Below are positions 1-9,841 of a stretch of DNA of 64,000 nt, one piece after another. The notes under the pieces were generated by a model. It saw only the letters and a program-made list of their open reading frames with translations, did no database searches and was not told the origin of the DNA. The DNA comes from Anaeromyxobacteraceae bacterium. Lineage in GTDB: Bacteria; Myxococcota; Myxococcia; Myxococcales; Anaeromyxobacteraceae. Each line of letters starts with the position of its first letter. The first letter of the stretch is position 1. Location: assembly GCA_047602405.1 (NCBI GenBank), contig JASGHJ010000002.1, forward strand, positions 2,176,001 through 2,240,000, read 5' to 3'. The translations under genes were made by a program, and so were the position numbers.

Positions 1-969
1 CTCGGCGCAGGCCATGAAGAAGATCCGCCACATCGCGAGCCGCCGCGGCGCCTCGGCCTCGCCGTAGGTCCGGGCGAAGAGCGCGAGCACCTCGTCGCGG
101 GCGGCGTCGAGGTTCCGGAGCCACGCCTCGCTCGTCCGCTGGTAGTGGTGCCCCGGCACGCGCCAGTGGCGCCCGATGCGCAGGTCCCGCTGGAAGTAGA
201 GGAGCAGGTGGTCGGAGGGCATCTGGCCGCCGGTGAAGAAGTTCCGGGTCATCCAGTCGGAGGGGCCCTGGTCCTCGTACGGGTAGGCGTGGTCGCGGTG
301 CGTGAAGATGTGGACGAAGAGCTTGCCGCCCGGCACGAGCCAGCGGGCCACCCGGGCCATCACCTCCTCGTAGTTCCGGAGGTGCTCGAACATCTCCACC
401 GACACCACGCGGTCGAAGCGCTCGTCGGTGTCGAAGAAGCGGGCGTCGGCGGTGCGCACCTCCACGTTCGCGAGCCCGCGCTCCCGCGCCCGCGCCTCGA
501 TGAAGCGCCGCTGGTCGCGCGAGTTCGAGACCGCGAGGATCCGCGCCCCCGGAAGGAGCGCCGCCATGTGGAGCGTGAGCGAGCCCCACCCGCAGCCGAG
601 CTCGAGGATGCGCATCCCGTCCTCGAGCCCCGCGCGCTGCACGGTGAGGGCGAGCATGGCGTCCTCGGAGGAGGCGAGGTCGGCGCCCGGGCCGCTCCAG
701 AGGCCGCACGAGTACTTGAGCCGGGGCCCGAGCACCTTCTCGAAGAACTCCGGCGGCACCTCGTAGTGCTGCTCGTTCGCGGCGTCGGTGTGCACGGCGA
801 CCGGGCCGTGGCGGCAGGCGTCGACCCAGGCCATCACCCGCTCCTGCCAGGCGTCGGGCTCGCCGCGCCCCTCCTCGTCGAGGCGCGACTGGCAGATGCG
901 GCGGATGCCCAGGCGGACGAGCGCGTCGGGCACGAGGCCGCGCTCCACGAGATCGAGGACGAGGGACAT
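1..969 (-). CDS. SAM-dependent methyltransferase, cyclopropane-fatty-acid synthase/CMAS-like (3' end runs off the window)
   Basis: Manual translation from ATG 969: [24 protein letters not shown]...ANEQHYEVP...LKYSCG...ILELGCGWG...[12 protein letters not shown]...[10 protein letters not shown]. Absent from the ORF track because no stop lies in the window. Confidence 0.85.
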   Translation of the reverse strand, partial: MSLVLDLVERGLVPDALVRLGIRRICQSRLDEEGRGEPDAWQERVMAWVDACRHGPVAVHTDAANEQHYEVPPEFFEKVLGPRLKYSCGLWSGPGADLASSEDAMLALTVQRAGLEDGMRILELGCGWGSLTLHMAALLPGARILAVSNSRDQRRFIEARARERGLANVEVRTADARFFDTDERFDRVVSVEMFEHLRNYEEVMARVARWLVPGGKLFVHIFTHRDHAYPYEDQGPSDWMTRNFFTGGQMPSDHLLLYFQRDLRIGRHWRVPGHHYQRTSEAWLRNLDAARDEVLALFARTYGEAEAPRRLAMWRIFFMACAE

Positions 970-972
970 GGC

Positions 973-1449
973 TCAGGGCTCCCGGGTGCGGGGGACGGCG
1001 GGGAGGCGCTCGAGGAGCGCCCGGAGGACGGCGAAGAGGAGCAGCGTCGCGGGGACGGCGACCGTGGCCCACGCGCCGACCGCGCGGACGTTCGCCCAGG
1101 CGTACTTGCCCATCGTCCCCCACAGGTCGGCGGTGAGCTCCGCCTTGATACCCTCGACGGTGAGGCCGAGCGGCGGCGCGCCGAAGAGCCACGCGCCGGC
1201 CTGGAAGAACGGGATGTAGAGGAGGAGCTGGAGCGGGTACGCGGCGTAGTTCGCGACCTGGATGGCGGGCTGGTTGAGCCGGAGCGCCGCCGCGGCGAGC
1301 GCGCACGCGAGGGTCGTGAGGCCGAGCACCGGCAGCGTGCCGACCGTGAGCCCGAGCGCGAGGGCCAGGGCGAGCGCGGCCGGCGTCACGCCCTGGGTGA
1401 GCTGGCGGGCGATCGGGTCGACGAGCCGGGCCTTGAGGAACGCCTTCAC
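973..1449 (-). CDS. DUF2062-like membrane protein
   Basis: Hydrophobic ORF with LTQGVTP..LALALALG..G.LP.LG.TT and RLNQPAIQVANY..YPLQL; probable GTG start at 1449. Confidence 0.7.
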   Translation of the reverse strand: MKAFLKARLVDPIARQLTQGVTPAALALALALGLTVGTLPVLGLTTLACALAAAALRLNQPAIQVANYAAYPLQLLLYIPFFQAGAWLFGAPPLGLTVEGIKAELTADLWGTMGKYAWANVRAVGAWATVAVPATLLLFAVLRALLERLPAVPRTREP

Positions 1450-1547
1450 GCCTGCTCCATAACGCCGGAGCCGGCCCTGGACAACCATTGGACGCACCCT
1501 GGACGGGCCATGATTTCCAGCCTGGCTCCCCGTACATCCCTCCCGCC

Positions 1548-2363
1548 ATGACCGGGCTCCCCATCGCCCTCGCCGCCTCTTCCGCGCTCATCCTGGCCGC
1601 GATGCTCGTCCTGTGGTTCGTGTCGCTGCGCCTGAAGGATGCGTCGATCGTCGACGCCTTCTGGGGCACGGGCTTCGTGCTCGCGGCCTGGGCCGCCGCC
1701 CTCGCCGCCGGGGCGCTCGAGCCCGCCCGCCCGCGCGCGCTCCTCGCGCTCGCGCTCGTCACGCTGTGGGGGCTCCGGCTCACCTGGCACATCCACCGCC
1801 GGAACGCCGGACACGGCGAGGACCGCCGCTACCAGGCCATGCGCGCCCGCCACGGCGATCGGTTCGGCCTCGTGTCGCTCGGCACCGTGTTCCTCTTGCA
1901 GGGCGCGCTCGTCATCCTCGTCTCGCTGCCGCTCCAGGCGGCGATCGCGGCACCCGCCTCGCCGCTCGGCGCGCTCGACCTCCTCGGCGCGGTGGTGTTC
2001 CTCGCCGGCTTCCTCTTCGAGGCGATCGGCGACGCGCAGCTCGACCGCTTCAAGGCCGAGCCCGGGAACCGCGGCAGGGTGATGGACCGCGGGCTCTGGC
2101 GCTACACGCGCCACCCGAACTACTTCGGCGACGCGCTCCTGTGGTGGGGGTTCGGGCTCCTCGGCGTCGCCGCGGGCGCGCCGTGGACGCTCGTCTCGCC
2201 GGCGGTGATGACCTGGCTCCTCCTGCGCGTCTCGGGTGTCGCCCTCCTCGAGCAGGACATCGGCGAGCGGCGGCCCGCCTACCGCGACTACGTCGAGCGC
2301 ACGAGCGCGTTCGTGCCGTGGTTCCCGCGCGCGCCGCGCGCCGGGGCGGAGGGGCGCCCGTGA
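1548..2363 (+). CDS. DUF1295 / steroid 5-alpha-reductase-like membrane protein
   Basis: DASIVDAFWG, GEDRRY, GLWRYTRHPNYFG, Y..YVERTSAFVPW. Confidence 0.88.
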   Translation: MTGLPIALAASSALILAAMLVLWFVSLRLKDASIVDAFWGTGFVLAAWAAALAAGALEPARPRALLALALVTLWGLRLTWHIHRRNAGHGEDRRYQAMRARHGDRFGLVSLGTVFLLQGALVILVSLPLQAAIAAPASPLGALDLLGAVVFLAGFLFEAIGDAQLDRFKAEPGNRGRVMDRGLWRYTRHPNYFGDALLWWGFGLLGVAAGAPWTLVSPAVMTWLLLRVSGVALLEQDIGERRPAYRDYVERTSAFVPWFPRAPRAGAEGRP

Positions 2364-2995
2364 ACCTGCCCGCCCTCCTCCTCGGCCTCGCCGCCGTGGC
2401 TGGCAACGTGCTCGGCGTCTGGTTCCTGCGGGAGGTCCCCTCCCCCTATCGCCCCGGCGACGTCGCCGCGTGGCTCGCCGGCACGCACGCGCACCCCGGC
2501 GCGACGCTCGCCTCCGCGTGGTCGTTCGTCCTCGGGCTCGCCGCGCTCGCCGCCTTCGCCTCGGTGATGACCTCCGCGACGCGCCCGGAGCGCCCGGCGC
2601 TCGCGCGCGCGGGCTGGGCGCTCGTCGGGTACGGCGCGCTGCTCAACGCCGCGGGCTGCGTGACACCCGCGGTGGTCGCGGGCTTCGTCGCCCCGCCGCC
2701 CGACGCCGCCGGCGCCGCGGTCGGGAAGGCGCTCCTCGCCGTCACGCTGCACCTCGACGCCGCGTTCAACCTGCTGCTCGGCCTCGGCCTCATCGCCGTG
2801 AACGCCGGCCTCGGCCGGGCGTCGGGCTGGCCGCTCTGGCTCCGGCTCCTCGGCGTCGCGGCCGGGCTCGCGAGCCTGCCGGTGTTCCTGCAGTGGCGGG
2901 CGGACGCCTGGGCGGACCTGCTCGCGATCTCGGGACCGCTCTGGCTCGCGTGGCTCGTGATCGTCAGCGTGCGGGCTGGTCGCGGGCGGACCTGA
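2360..2995 (+). CDS. Hypothetical multi-pass membrane protein
   Basis: GTGA overlap with the upstream stop; several hydrophobic segments; host-like codon usage. Confidence 0.65.
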   Translation: MNLPALLLGLAAVAGNVLGVWFLREVPSPYRPGDVAAWLAGTHAHPGATLASAWSFVLGLAALAAFASVMTSATRPERPALARAGWALVGYGALLNAAGCVTPAVVAGFVAPPPDAAGAAVGKALLAVTLHLDAAFNLLLGLGLIAVNAGLGRASGWPLWLRLLGVAAGLASLPVFLQWRADAWADLLAISGPLWLAWLVIVSVRAGRGRT

Positions 2996-3064
2996 CGGGG
3001 CGGGCGCCTCGCGGCGCACGGCCTTATACAGGCGGCGCACCTCGACCCCCCGCAAGGAGGTTCC

Positions 3065-5753
3065 ATGGCCCCGTCTTCGTCCGCCCGGCTGCGTCCCGTC
3101 GCGCTCGCGCTCGCGGCCCTGCTGTTCGTTCCCGCACTCGCACACGCCGAGCTGCCCCCGCTCCTCGACCGCGAGATCTTCTTCGGCAACCCGGAGATCG
3201 CCGGCGCGACGCTCTCGCCGGACGGGAAGTACATCGCCTTCCTGAAGCCGTGGAAGGACGTGCGGAACGTCTGGGTCAAGAAGGTGGGCGAACCCTACGA
3301 GAAGGGCCGGCTCGTGACCGCCGACCCGAAGCGGCCGATCCCGGGCTTCTTCTGGACGCGGGACGGCAAGCAGAATCCTCTTCGTCCAGGACCACGACGG
3401 CGACGAGAACTACAACGTCTGGGCGGTGGACCCGGCCGCGGCCGCGGAGCCCGGCAAGGAGGCGCCGCCCGCGCGGAACCTCACCGACGCGAAGGGCGCG
3501 CGCGCGATCGTCTACGACCTCCCGAAGCGGTCCCCCGACGTCCTCTGGGTGGGCCTCAACGACCGCGACCCGGCCTGGCACGACCTCTACCGGGTGGACA
3601 TCTCGACCGGGAAGCGCACCCTCGTCCGCAAGAACACCGAGCGGATCGCGGGCTGGGTCTTCGACAACGCCGGCGCGCTGCGGCTCGCCGAGCGGACCAC
3701 CGAGCGGGGCGACACCGAGGTGCTGAAGGTCGACGGCGACGCCCTCACCCCCCTGTACACGTGCACGGTGTTCGAGAGCTGCGGGCCGGTCCGCTTCGAG
3801 CCGGGCGACCGCCGCCTGTACCTCGAGACCAACAAGGGCGAGCCGGACCTCGTGCGCCTCGTGCTCCTCGACCCGGCCACCGGGAAGGAGACGCTGGTCG
3901 AGTCGGATCCCGAGAAGCGGGTGGACTTCGGCCGGGCGATCTTCTCGGAGAAGACGGACGCGCTCGTCGCGACGGTCTACGACGACGACCGGGCCCGCTG
4001 GCGCTTCCACGACCGGGCCTTCGAGGCCGACTTCAAGTTCCTGCAGGCGAAGCTCCCGGGGAAGGAGCTCAACCTCGGCTCGTCCACCCGGGACGACGCG
4101 CGCTGGATCGTGTCCGCCTACGGCGACACCGACCCCGGCACGGTCTACCTGTTCGACCGCAAGGCGCGGAAGCTCACCCTCGAGTACGTCTCGCGCGAGA
4201 AGCTGCCGCGCGCCGACATGGCCGAGGCGAAGGCGATCCGGTACCCGTCGTCGGACGGCCTCTCGATCCCCGCCTTCCTCACGTTGCCGCGGGGCGTGCC
4301 CGCGAAGGACCTCCCGCTCGTGCTGCTCCCGCACGGCGGCCCGTGGGCGCGCACGAGCTACGCCTTCTGGAACCTCCCCCAGTTCCTCGCGAACCGCGGG
4401 TACGCCGTCCTGCAGCCCAACTTCCGCGGCTCCACCGGCTACGGGAAGAAGTTCCTGAACGCCGGCAACCGCCAGTGGGGCGACCTCATGCAGGACGACC
4501 TGACCTGGGGCGTGAAGGCGCTCGTCGCCCAGGGCATCGCCGACCCGAAGCGCGTCGCGATCATGGGCGGCTCGTACGGCGGCTACGCCACGCTCGCCGG
4601 CGTCGCGTTCACCCCCGAGCTCTACGCGGCCGCGGTCTCCATCGTCGGGCCCTCGAACCTCATCACCCTCCTCGAGACCATCCCGCCCTACTGGGAGTCG
4701 GGGCGCGTGATCTTCCACGAGCGGATGGGCAACCCGAACACGCCCGAGGGGAAGAAGCAGCTCGAGCGCCAGTCGCCGCTCAACTCGGCCGCGCGCATCA
4801 AGACGCCGCTCCTCGTCGTGCAGGGCGCGAACGACCCGCGCGTGAAGAAGGCCGAGTCGGAGCAGATCGTCGTCGCGCTGCGCGACCGCGGGTTCCCGGT
4901 GGGCTACCTCCTCGCGCCCGACGAGGGCCACGGCTTCCAGCGTCCCGTGAACAACCTCGCGCTGTACGCCGCGGCCGAGGCGTTCCTCGCGAAGCACGTC
5001 GGCGGGCGCTTCCAGGAGGGCGGCACGCCCGAGACGCTCGAGCGCCTGAAGGTGCTCACCGTGGACCCGAAGACGGTGGTCCTCGCGAAGGCCGTGGACG
5101 CCAGCGCGGTCGGCGCGCCGAAGCCGGTCGCCGGGCTCACCGCCGGCACCTACCGGTACGCCGGCGCCATCCAGGCCGGGCAGCAGTCGATGCCGGTGAG
5201 CGGCGTGAACGTCGTCACCGAGGAGCCGACCACGTTCACGGTCAGCTACGCGATGAAGCTCCCGCAGGGCGAGGCGAAGGACGTGGTGGTGGTCGACAAG
5301 GCCACGCTCCAGCCGCTCCGGCGCACGGTGCAGCAGGGCCCGGTCTCGATGGACCTCGCGTTCAAGGACGGCAAGGTCACCGGGACCGTCGCCATGGGTG
5401 GCCCGCCGAAGGCGGTGGACGCCGCCGCCGGCGGGCCGCTCTTCGCCGACGGCTCGGCGGCGTGGGACTCGCTCGCGCACCTCCCGCTCGCCGAGGGGTA
5501 CAGCGTCGTCTACCGCAACTTCGACGTGCAGAAGCAGAAGCCGCAGCTGAAGAAGCTCGCGGTCGCGGGCACCGAGGAGCTCCAGGTGCCGGCGGGGCGG
5601 TTCCAGACCTGGAAGGTGGAGGTCACCTCCGCGGAGGGCGAGCCGGGCGCGACGACCGTCTGGGTCGACCGCGCCACGCGCAAGGTGGTGAAGACCTCGT
5701 CGGTGCTCCCGCAGATGGGCGGCGCGGTCTTCTCGACCGAGCTGCAGCCTTAG
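3065..5753 (+). CDS. S9-family (acylaminoacyl/dipeptidyl) peptidase with signal peptide and extra C-terminal domain; one frameshift at ~3374
   Basis: N-terminus in ORF 3065, remainder in ORF 3426; HGGPW, NFRGSTGYG, GGSYGG nucleophile, QGANDPRV, DEGHGF. Removing one A from GAATC 3373-3377 joins the frames. Confidence 0.9.
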
Positions 5754-5862
5754 CAGGTTGTTGGAGAAGTCGGCCTCGGCCGCCCCTCGTCTCCGCCGGC
5801 GCTTCGCGGCGGCTACGCTCGGGGCGAGCGGACCCTGGATCGGGCCTTCTTCAACAACCTGC
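5753..5862. mobile_element. 110-bp MITE-like element with 17-bp terminal inverted repeats enclosing a REP-like repeat
   Basis: Left end GCAGGTTGTTGGAGAAG (5753-5769); right end CTTCTTCAACAACCTGC (5846-5862); 16/17 reverse-complement match. Confidence 0.6.
5778..5831 (-). repeat. REP-like repeat family 1 (GTAG + hairpin), copy A
   Basis: Reverse complement ccgctcgccccgagcGTAGccgccgcgaagcgccggcggagacgaggggcggcc; flanks match the copies at 30806, 34703 and 34845. Confidence 0.85.
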
Positions 5863-5903
5863 CTTGGAGCCGGGCGCGCTCCGACCGCCGGGCGCGCGGC
5901 GCG

Positions 5904-7115
5904 TCAGGCGTCGCCGCCCGACGGCACGAGGGCGCGCCAGTGCAGCAGCGCGGGGCCGGAGAGCGCGAACGGCATGAGCACCACGCCGAAGCGCGGGCCC
6001 TCGGCCCAGCAGAGCAGCACCCGCGCGTGGAAGGTGAAGGGGCGCGGCGAGAGCGCCTCCACCTCGACGAGGATGCCCTCGGGCAGCGGCACCGTCCCGC
6101 GCGCGTGCAGCTGGTGCGGGCCGAAGCCGGTCGCCTCGAAGTCGCCGCCGCCGATGTGCAGGTAGACCCGGCGCTCGCCCGCCGGCTGGGTGGGCACGTG
6201 CGACGGCCCCTCGAGCCAGCCGTGCTCGTCCGGGAGCGCGGGCTGCTCGAGCGAGGCCACGAACGACGGCAGCGCCTGGAGCGTGCGCTCGAGCGCGTCG
6301 GTGTCGGCCTCGGAGAGCTTCGTGAGCGCGGCCACCTCGGCGGGCCCGAGCGACGCGCGCTCCGAGAGGAGCCCCACCAGCGGATCGACCGTCCGCACGA
6401 GCTCGAGGAGCTCCGGCTCGCGCACGACCTTCGCGGCGTCGGAGTCCGGCGCGGCGTGGTGGTGGGCGATCACCTCGGCCACCACCTCCGGGAGCTGCCA
6501 GCGGGACGCGAGGACCTGGCCGATGTCGACGTGGTAGCGGTCCACCACCGCGCCCCAGAACGAGGCGGGCATGGCCCGCGCCGGCCGGGACCCCGCGGCG
6601 ATCCGCTCGATGGCCGCGATGGCGACGATCTTGCCGAAGTCGTGCAGGAGCCCGCAGGTGAAGGCGTCGTCGGCGGACACCTTGCGCACCCGCGCGAGGT
6701 CGCGGCACATCACGGCGGAGGCGAGCGCGTCGTGCCAGGCCCGCCGCCGGAGCGGCGCGAGCGGCCCCTTCGCCCCGGCGAAAGGCCCGAGCCCGAGCGC
6801 GAGCCCCAGGCGCGAGAGCTCCTCGGCGCCGATCCGCGCGGCCGCCGCCGGGAGGGAGGCGACCGGGGTGCCCCGCTGGTAGAGGGACGAGTTCGCGACG
6901 CGCAGGAGCTCGGCGGCGAGGGCCTGGTCGGTGCCGACGAGCCGGGCGAGCTCGTCGAGGCCGTAGTCGCCGCCGCGCACGAGGCGCGCGATGCGGAGCG
7001 CGACGGCCGGGTAAGGGGGCAGCTCGACCGCGTCGCGCGAGACGAGGTCGGCCATCGCCGTGTCGAGGTCGGTCTCGCTGCCGAACTCCGCGGCGCTGGC
7101 GCCCCCCGGGGTCAC
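5904..7115 (-). CDS. HDOD-domain protein with possible PilZ-like C-terminal domain (paralog 2)
   Basis: LPPYPAVA, DQALAAELLRVANSSLY, AFTCGLLHDFGKI, WQLP..VIAHHH; GTG 7115 overlaps the upstream stop. Confidence 0.85.
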   Translation of the reverse strand: MTPGGASAAEFGSETDLDTAMADLVSRDAVELPPYPAVALRIARLVRGGDYGLDELARLVGTDQALAAELLRVANSSLYQRGTPVASLPAAAARIGAEELSRLGLALGLGPFAGAKGPLAPLRRRAWHDALASAVMCRDLARVRKVSADDAFTCGLLHDFGKIVAIAAIERIAAGSRPARAMPASFWGAVVDRYHVDIGQVLASRWQLPEVVAEVIAHHHAAPDSDAAKVVREPELLELVRTVDPLVGLLSERASLGPAEVAALTKLSEADTDALERTLQALPSFVASLEQPALPDEHGWLEGPSHVPTQPAGERRVYLHIGGGDFEATGFGPHQLHARGTVPLPEGILVEVEALSPRPFTFHARVLLCWAEGPRFGVVLMPFALSGPALLHWRALVPSGGDA

Positions 7116-8293
7116 GCGGCCTCGCCCTCCGCGACGAGCGCCTTCCAGCGCCGGAGCGCCTCGCCGGTCAGGGCGTACGGCTGCACGAGCAGGGTCGCGC
7201 CGTCGCCCTCGGGCCAGGAGAGCTTCACGCTCGCGAAGCCCTCGAGCGGCGGGCTGCAGCCGACCTTCATGTGGAGGAGCATGTTCTCGGGCGCGGTGGT
7301 CGCCCCGGAGAGCATGATGTGCGTCGAGGCGACGCCGAGGATGCGGTAGGGCTGCTCGCGGCCGCCGAGGGCGAGCGTCACCGGGTACGAGGGCGGGGCC
7401 GGGGCCTCGCGGCGGACCGGGGCCTCGTGCGCGACCATCGTCTCGGCGGGCGCGCTCCACGCCTCGGCCGACTCGAACGACGCGACGAACGCCGGCAGGC
7501 CGTGCAGCGCGGCCACGACCACGTCGTGCTCCGCGGAGGCGAGCAGCGACGCGAGCCCGAGGTCCTCGGCCGGGAGCGCCACGCGGTCGCCGAGGAGCGC
7601 GACGACCTGGTCGGTCGCGGCGACGAGATCGACCAGGGCGGCGTCGGCCGCGGCCGCGGAGTCCCCGTGGTGGAGCGAGATGACGTCGGCGAGGAGCGGC
7701 GGCAGATCCCAGCGGGCCGCCATCACGATGCCGAGCTCGACGTGGTAGCGGTCGACCACCGCGTCCCACTCCTTCTCGGTCCGCGGCGGGAGGTCGGGGA
7801 CGCGCTCGACGATCTCCTCGATGCAGGCGATCGCCACCACCCGCCCGAAGTCGTGCAGGAGCCCCGCCGCGAAGGCGACGTCCGGCGCGAGCTTGCGCTT
7901 CGGCGCGATGGCCTGGGCGAGGAGCCCGGAGGCGAGCGCGTCGAGCCAGGCCCGGCGCCGCAGGCTCGCGAGCTTGCCGGCGGCGGTCGCGTGCGCCCCG
8001 AGCCCGGAGGCGAGCGCGAGCTTCGCGACGTCCTTCGCCCCGACCCGGGCCACCGCCTGCTTCACGGAGGTGGAGGTCGAGCCGCGCGAGTAGACGGCGG
8101 AGTTGGCGCAGCGGAGCACGTCCGCCGCGAGCACCTGGTCGGACGAGACGAGGCGGGCGAGGTCGTCCACGCCGTAGTCGCCCGTGCGCAGGAGCGCCTC
8201 GATGCGGAACGCGACGGCGGGGTACGGCGGCACCTTCACGGCGCCGCGCGAGACGAGGTCGACGATGGCCTGATCGAGGTCGAACGCGGGCAT
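7112..8293 (-). CDS. HDOD-domain protein with possible PilZ-like C-terminal domain (paralog 1)
   Basis: VPPYPAVA, DQVLAADVLRCANSAVY, AFAAGLLHDFGRV, WDLP..VISLHH. Confidence 0.88.
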   Translation of the reverse strand: MPAFDLDQAIVDLVSRGAVKVPPYPAVAFRIEALLRTGDYGVDDLARLVSSDQVLAADVLRCANSAVYSRGSTSTSVKQAVARVGAKDVAKLALASGLGAHATAAGKLASLRRRAWLDALASGLLAQAIAPKRKLAPDVAFAAGLLHDFGRVVAIACIEEIVERVPDLPPRTEKEWDAVVDRYHVELGIVMAARWDLPPLLADVISLHHGDSAAAADAALVDLVAATDQVVALLGDRVALPAEDLGLASLLASAEHDVVVAALHGLPAFVASFESAEAWSAPAETMVAHEAPVRREAPAPPSYPVTLALGGREQPYRILGVASTHIMLSGATTAPENMLLHMKVGCSPPLEGFASVKLSWPEGDGATLLVQPYALTGEALRRWKALVAEGEAA

Positions 8294-8393
8294 ATCCCGG
8301 CGCGAACATATCAGATCGTGCCCGCCGACCCGGCGCCCGCGGCGGCGGTCGCGCGCATCCCGCGCACACGGGACAGGCCTCGCGTACCCCCGC

Positions 8394-8660
8394 TCACCGG
8401 AGATCCTCGAGCAGCTCGGCCACCACGCGGTCCGCGGCCGTGGCGCCGAGCAGCGTCCGCAGCATCGGACGGAGCGCCTCGACCAGCCGCGGAGCGTCGG
8501 CGCTCACGACGGCCTCAGGCTTCTGCCCGAGCGCACGATCCGCGAACGAACGGACGGCCGTCCGCGCGGTGTTCGGGCCGAGGTAAGCCGAGAGCCGCGC
8601 GGCGATGCGATCCGCAGGGGTCACGGGGGGATCCAAGCGCTCCGAAGCTACCCTCGCCAT
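8394..8660 (-). CDS. Small helical hypothetical protein (start may be GTG 8624)
   Basis: 88-aa ORF, amphipathic pattern LSAYLGPNTARTAV...LVEALRPMLRTLLG. Confidence 0.65.
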   Translation of the reverse strand: MARVASERLDPPVTPADRIAARLSAYLGPNTARTAVRSFADRALGQKPEAVVSADAPRLVEALRPMLRTLLGATAADRVVAELLEDLR

Positions 8661-8702
8661 GGGCCGGTGGGCAAGCGCGGCGGTGCGGGGAAGCGCCGCG
8701 GG

Positions 8703-9302
8703 CTACCGGGTGAGGAGCCCCGGCAGCACCTCGGCGACGCCGAGCGCGATCTCGGGCCGGAGCCGCTCCCGGCAGCGCGACACGGCCTCGGCGGCGATCG
8801 CGGGCCAGGCCTCGTAGATCCACCCGCTGCTCGCGCGGCCACCCTCGGCGTGGGCCCGCTCCATCGCGCGGAAGAGCCCGGCGCGGATCGCCTCCGCGAC
8901 GGCCTCGCGCTCGTCGGCGTCCGCCCCGGTGCGGCGGGCTGCCTCGCCCGAGATGCGGACCGACAGCACCCGCGCCTCCACGAGCGAGATGAGCTGGACC
9001 TCGCCCGCCCGGAGCCAGGGGTCGCCGAGCTCGCGCCCCGAGAGCTGCGCCAGGGCCTCGTCGGGCGGGAGGATGCGCGCCCGCCCGGCGAGCACCTCGA
9101 CCGCCTCGGGCGCGACCCGGCCCGGGTCGGCTCCGGCCACGAGCTCGAGCCAGAAGAACCTCCCGGTGGCCTCGACCCGGGCGGCGCCGACACCGGTCAC
9201 GGCGGAGAGTCGCGCCAGCACGGGCGCGAGGACGGAGCCTCAGCCGAGGCCCGCCACCGGCCCTCAGCCGAACCCGTTCGCGAAGAGCACGAGGTTGCGC
9301 AT
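8703..9302 (-). CDS. Putative di-selenocysteine protein (U13, U21; U-x7-U) with HMA/ferredoxin-like N-terminus, 199 aa
   Basis: From ATG 9302: MRNLVLFANGFG-TGA(9266-9264)-GPVAGLG-TGA(9242-9240)-GSVLAPVLARLSAVTGVGAARVE, in frame with ORF 8703..9221. SECIS-like hairpin after each UGA; TACTGT -10-like box 7 nt upstream of the ATG. Confidence 0.75.
9210..9252 (-). promoter_or_regulatory. Two tandem bacterial SECIS-like hairpins
   Basis: GGGCCUC-GGCU-GAGGCUC (9252-9235) starts 11 nt after UGA1; UCGCGCC-CGUGCU-GGCGCGA (9229-9210) starts 10 nt after UGA2; both loops have G in position 1 or 2. Confidence 0.6.
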
Positions 9303-9354
9303 GCGCCCCACAGTACCCGACCACCCCCGGCCCGCCCACGTGCATCCTCGTCGC

Positions 9355-9735
9355 ATGCCCCGCGAAGCCCTCACCGCTCCCGGCGCCGCCCGGGTCGGCC
9401 CCTACTCGCACGGCGTGCGCGCCGGTGAGCTCGTCTTCCTCTCCGGCCAGACGCCGGTCGACCCCGCCACCGGCCGCCTCCGGGAGGGCGGCGTCGGGTC
9501 GCAGGCCGACCAGTGCCTCACGAACCTGTTTGCCGTGCTCGCGGCGGACGGCCTCGGCCCCGAGGACGTGGTGAAGGTGAACGTCTACCTCGTCGACATG
9601 GCCGACTTCGCCGAGCTGAACGCGGCGTACGCGCGCCGCTTCGCCGAACCCTACCCTGCCCGCACGACCGTCGGGGTCGCGGCCCTGCCCCTCAGGGCGC
9701 GGATCGAGATGGAGCTCGTCGCCCGCCGGCGTTGA
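9355..9735 (+). CDS. RidA/YjgF/UK114 family imine deaminase
   Basis: GPYS, FLSGQTP, VVKVNVYLVDMADFAELN, PARTTVGVAALP. Confidence 0.9.
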   Translation: MPREALTAPGAARVGPYSHGVRAGELVFLSGQTPVDPATGRLREGGVGSQADQCLTNLFAVLAADGLGPEDVVKVNVYLVDMADFAELNAAYARRFAEPYPARTTVGVAALPLRARIEMELVARRR

Positions 9736-9841
9736 CGGATCGTACGTCTCCCCTGGAGCGCAGGGCTCCCGACGCCGCTCGATCGGGGTGCCACCCGGTC
9801 GAGGGAAGGCCGCCGATCCAGCCTCGCGCTACGCTCCAGGC

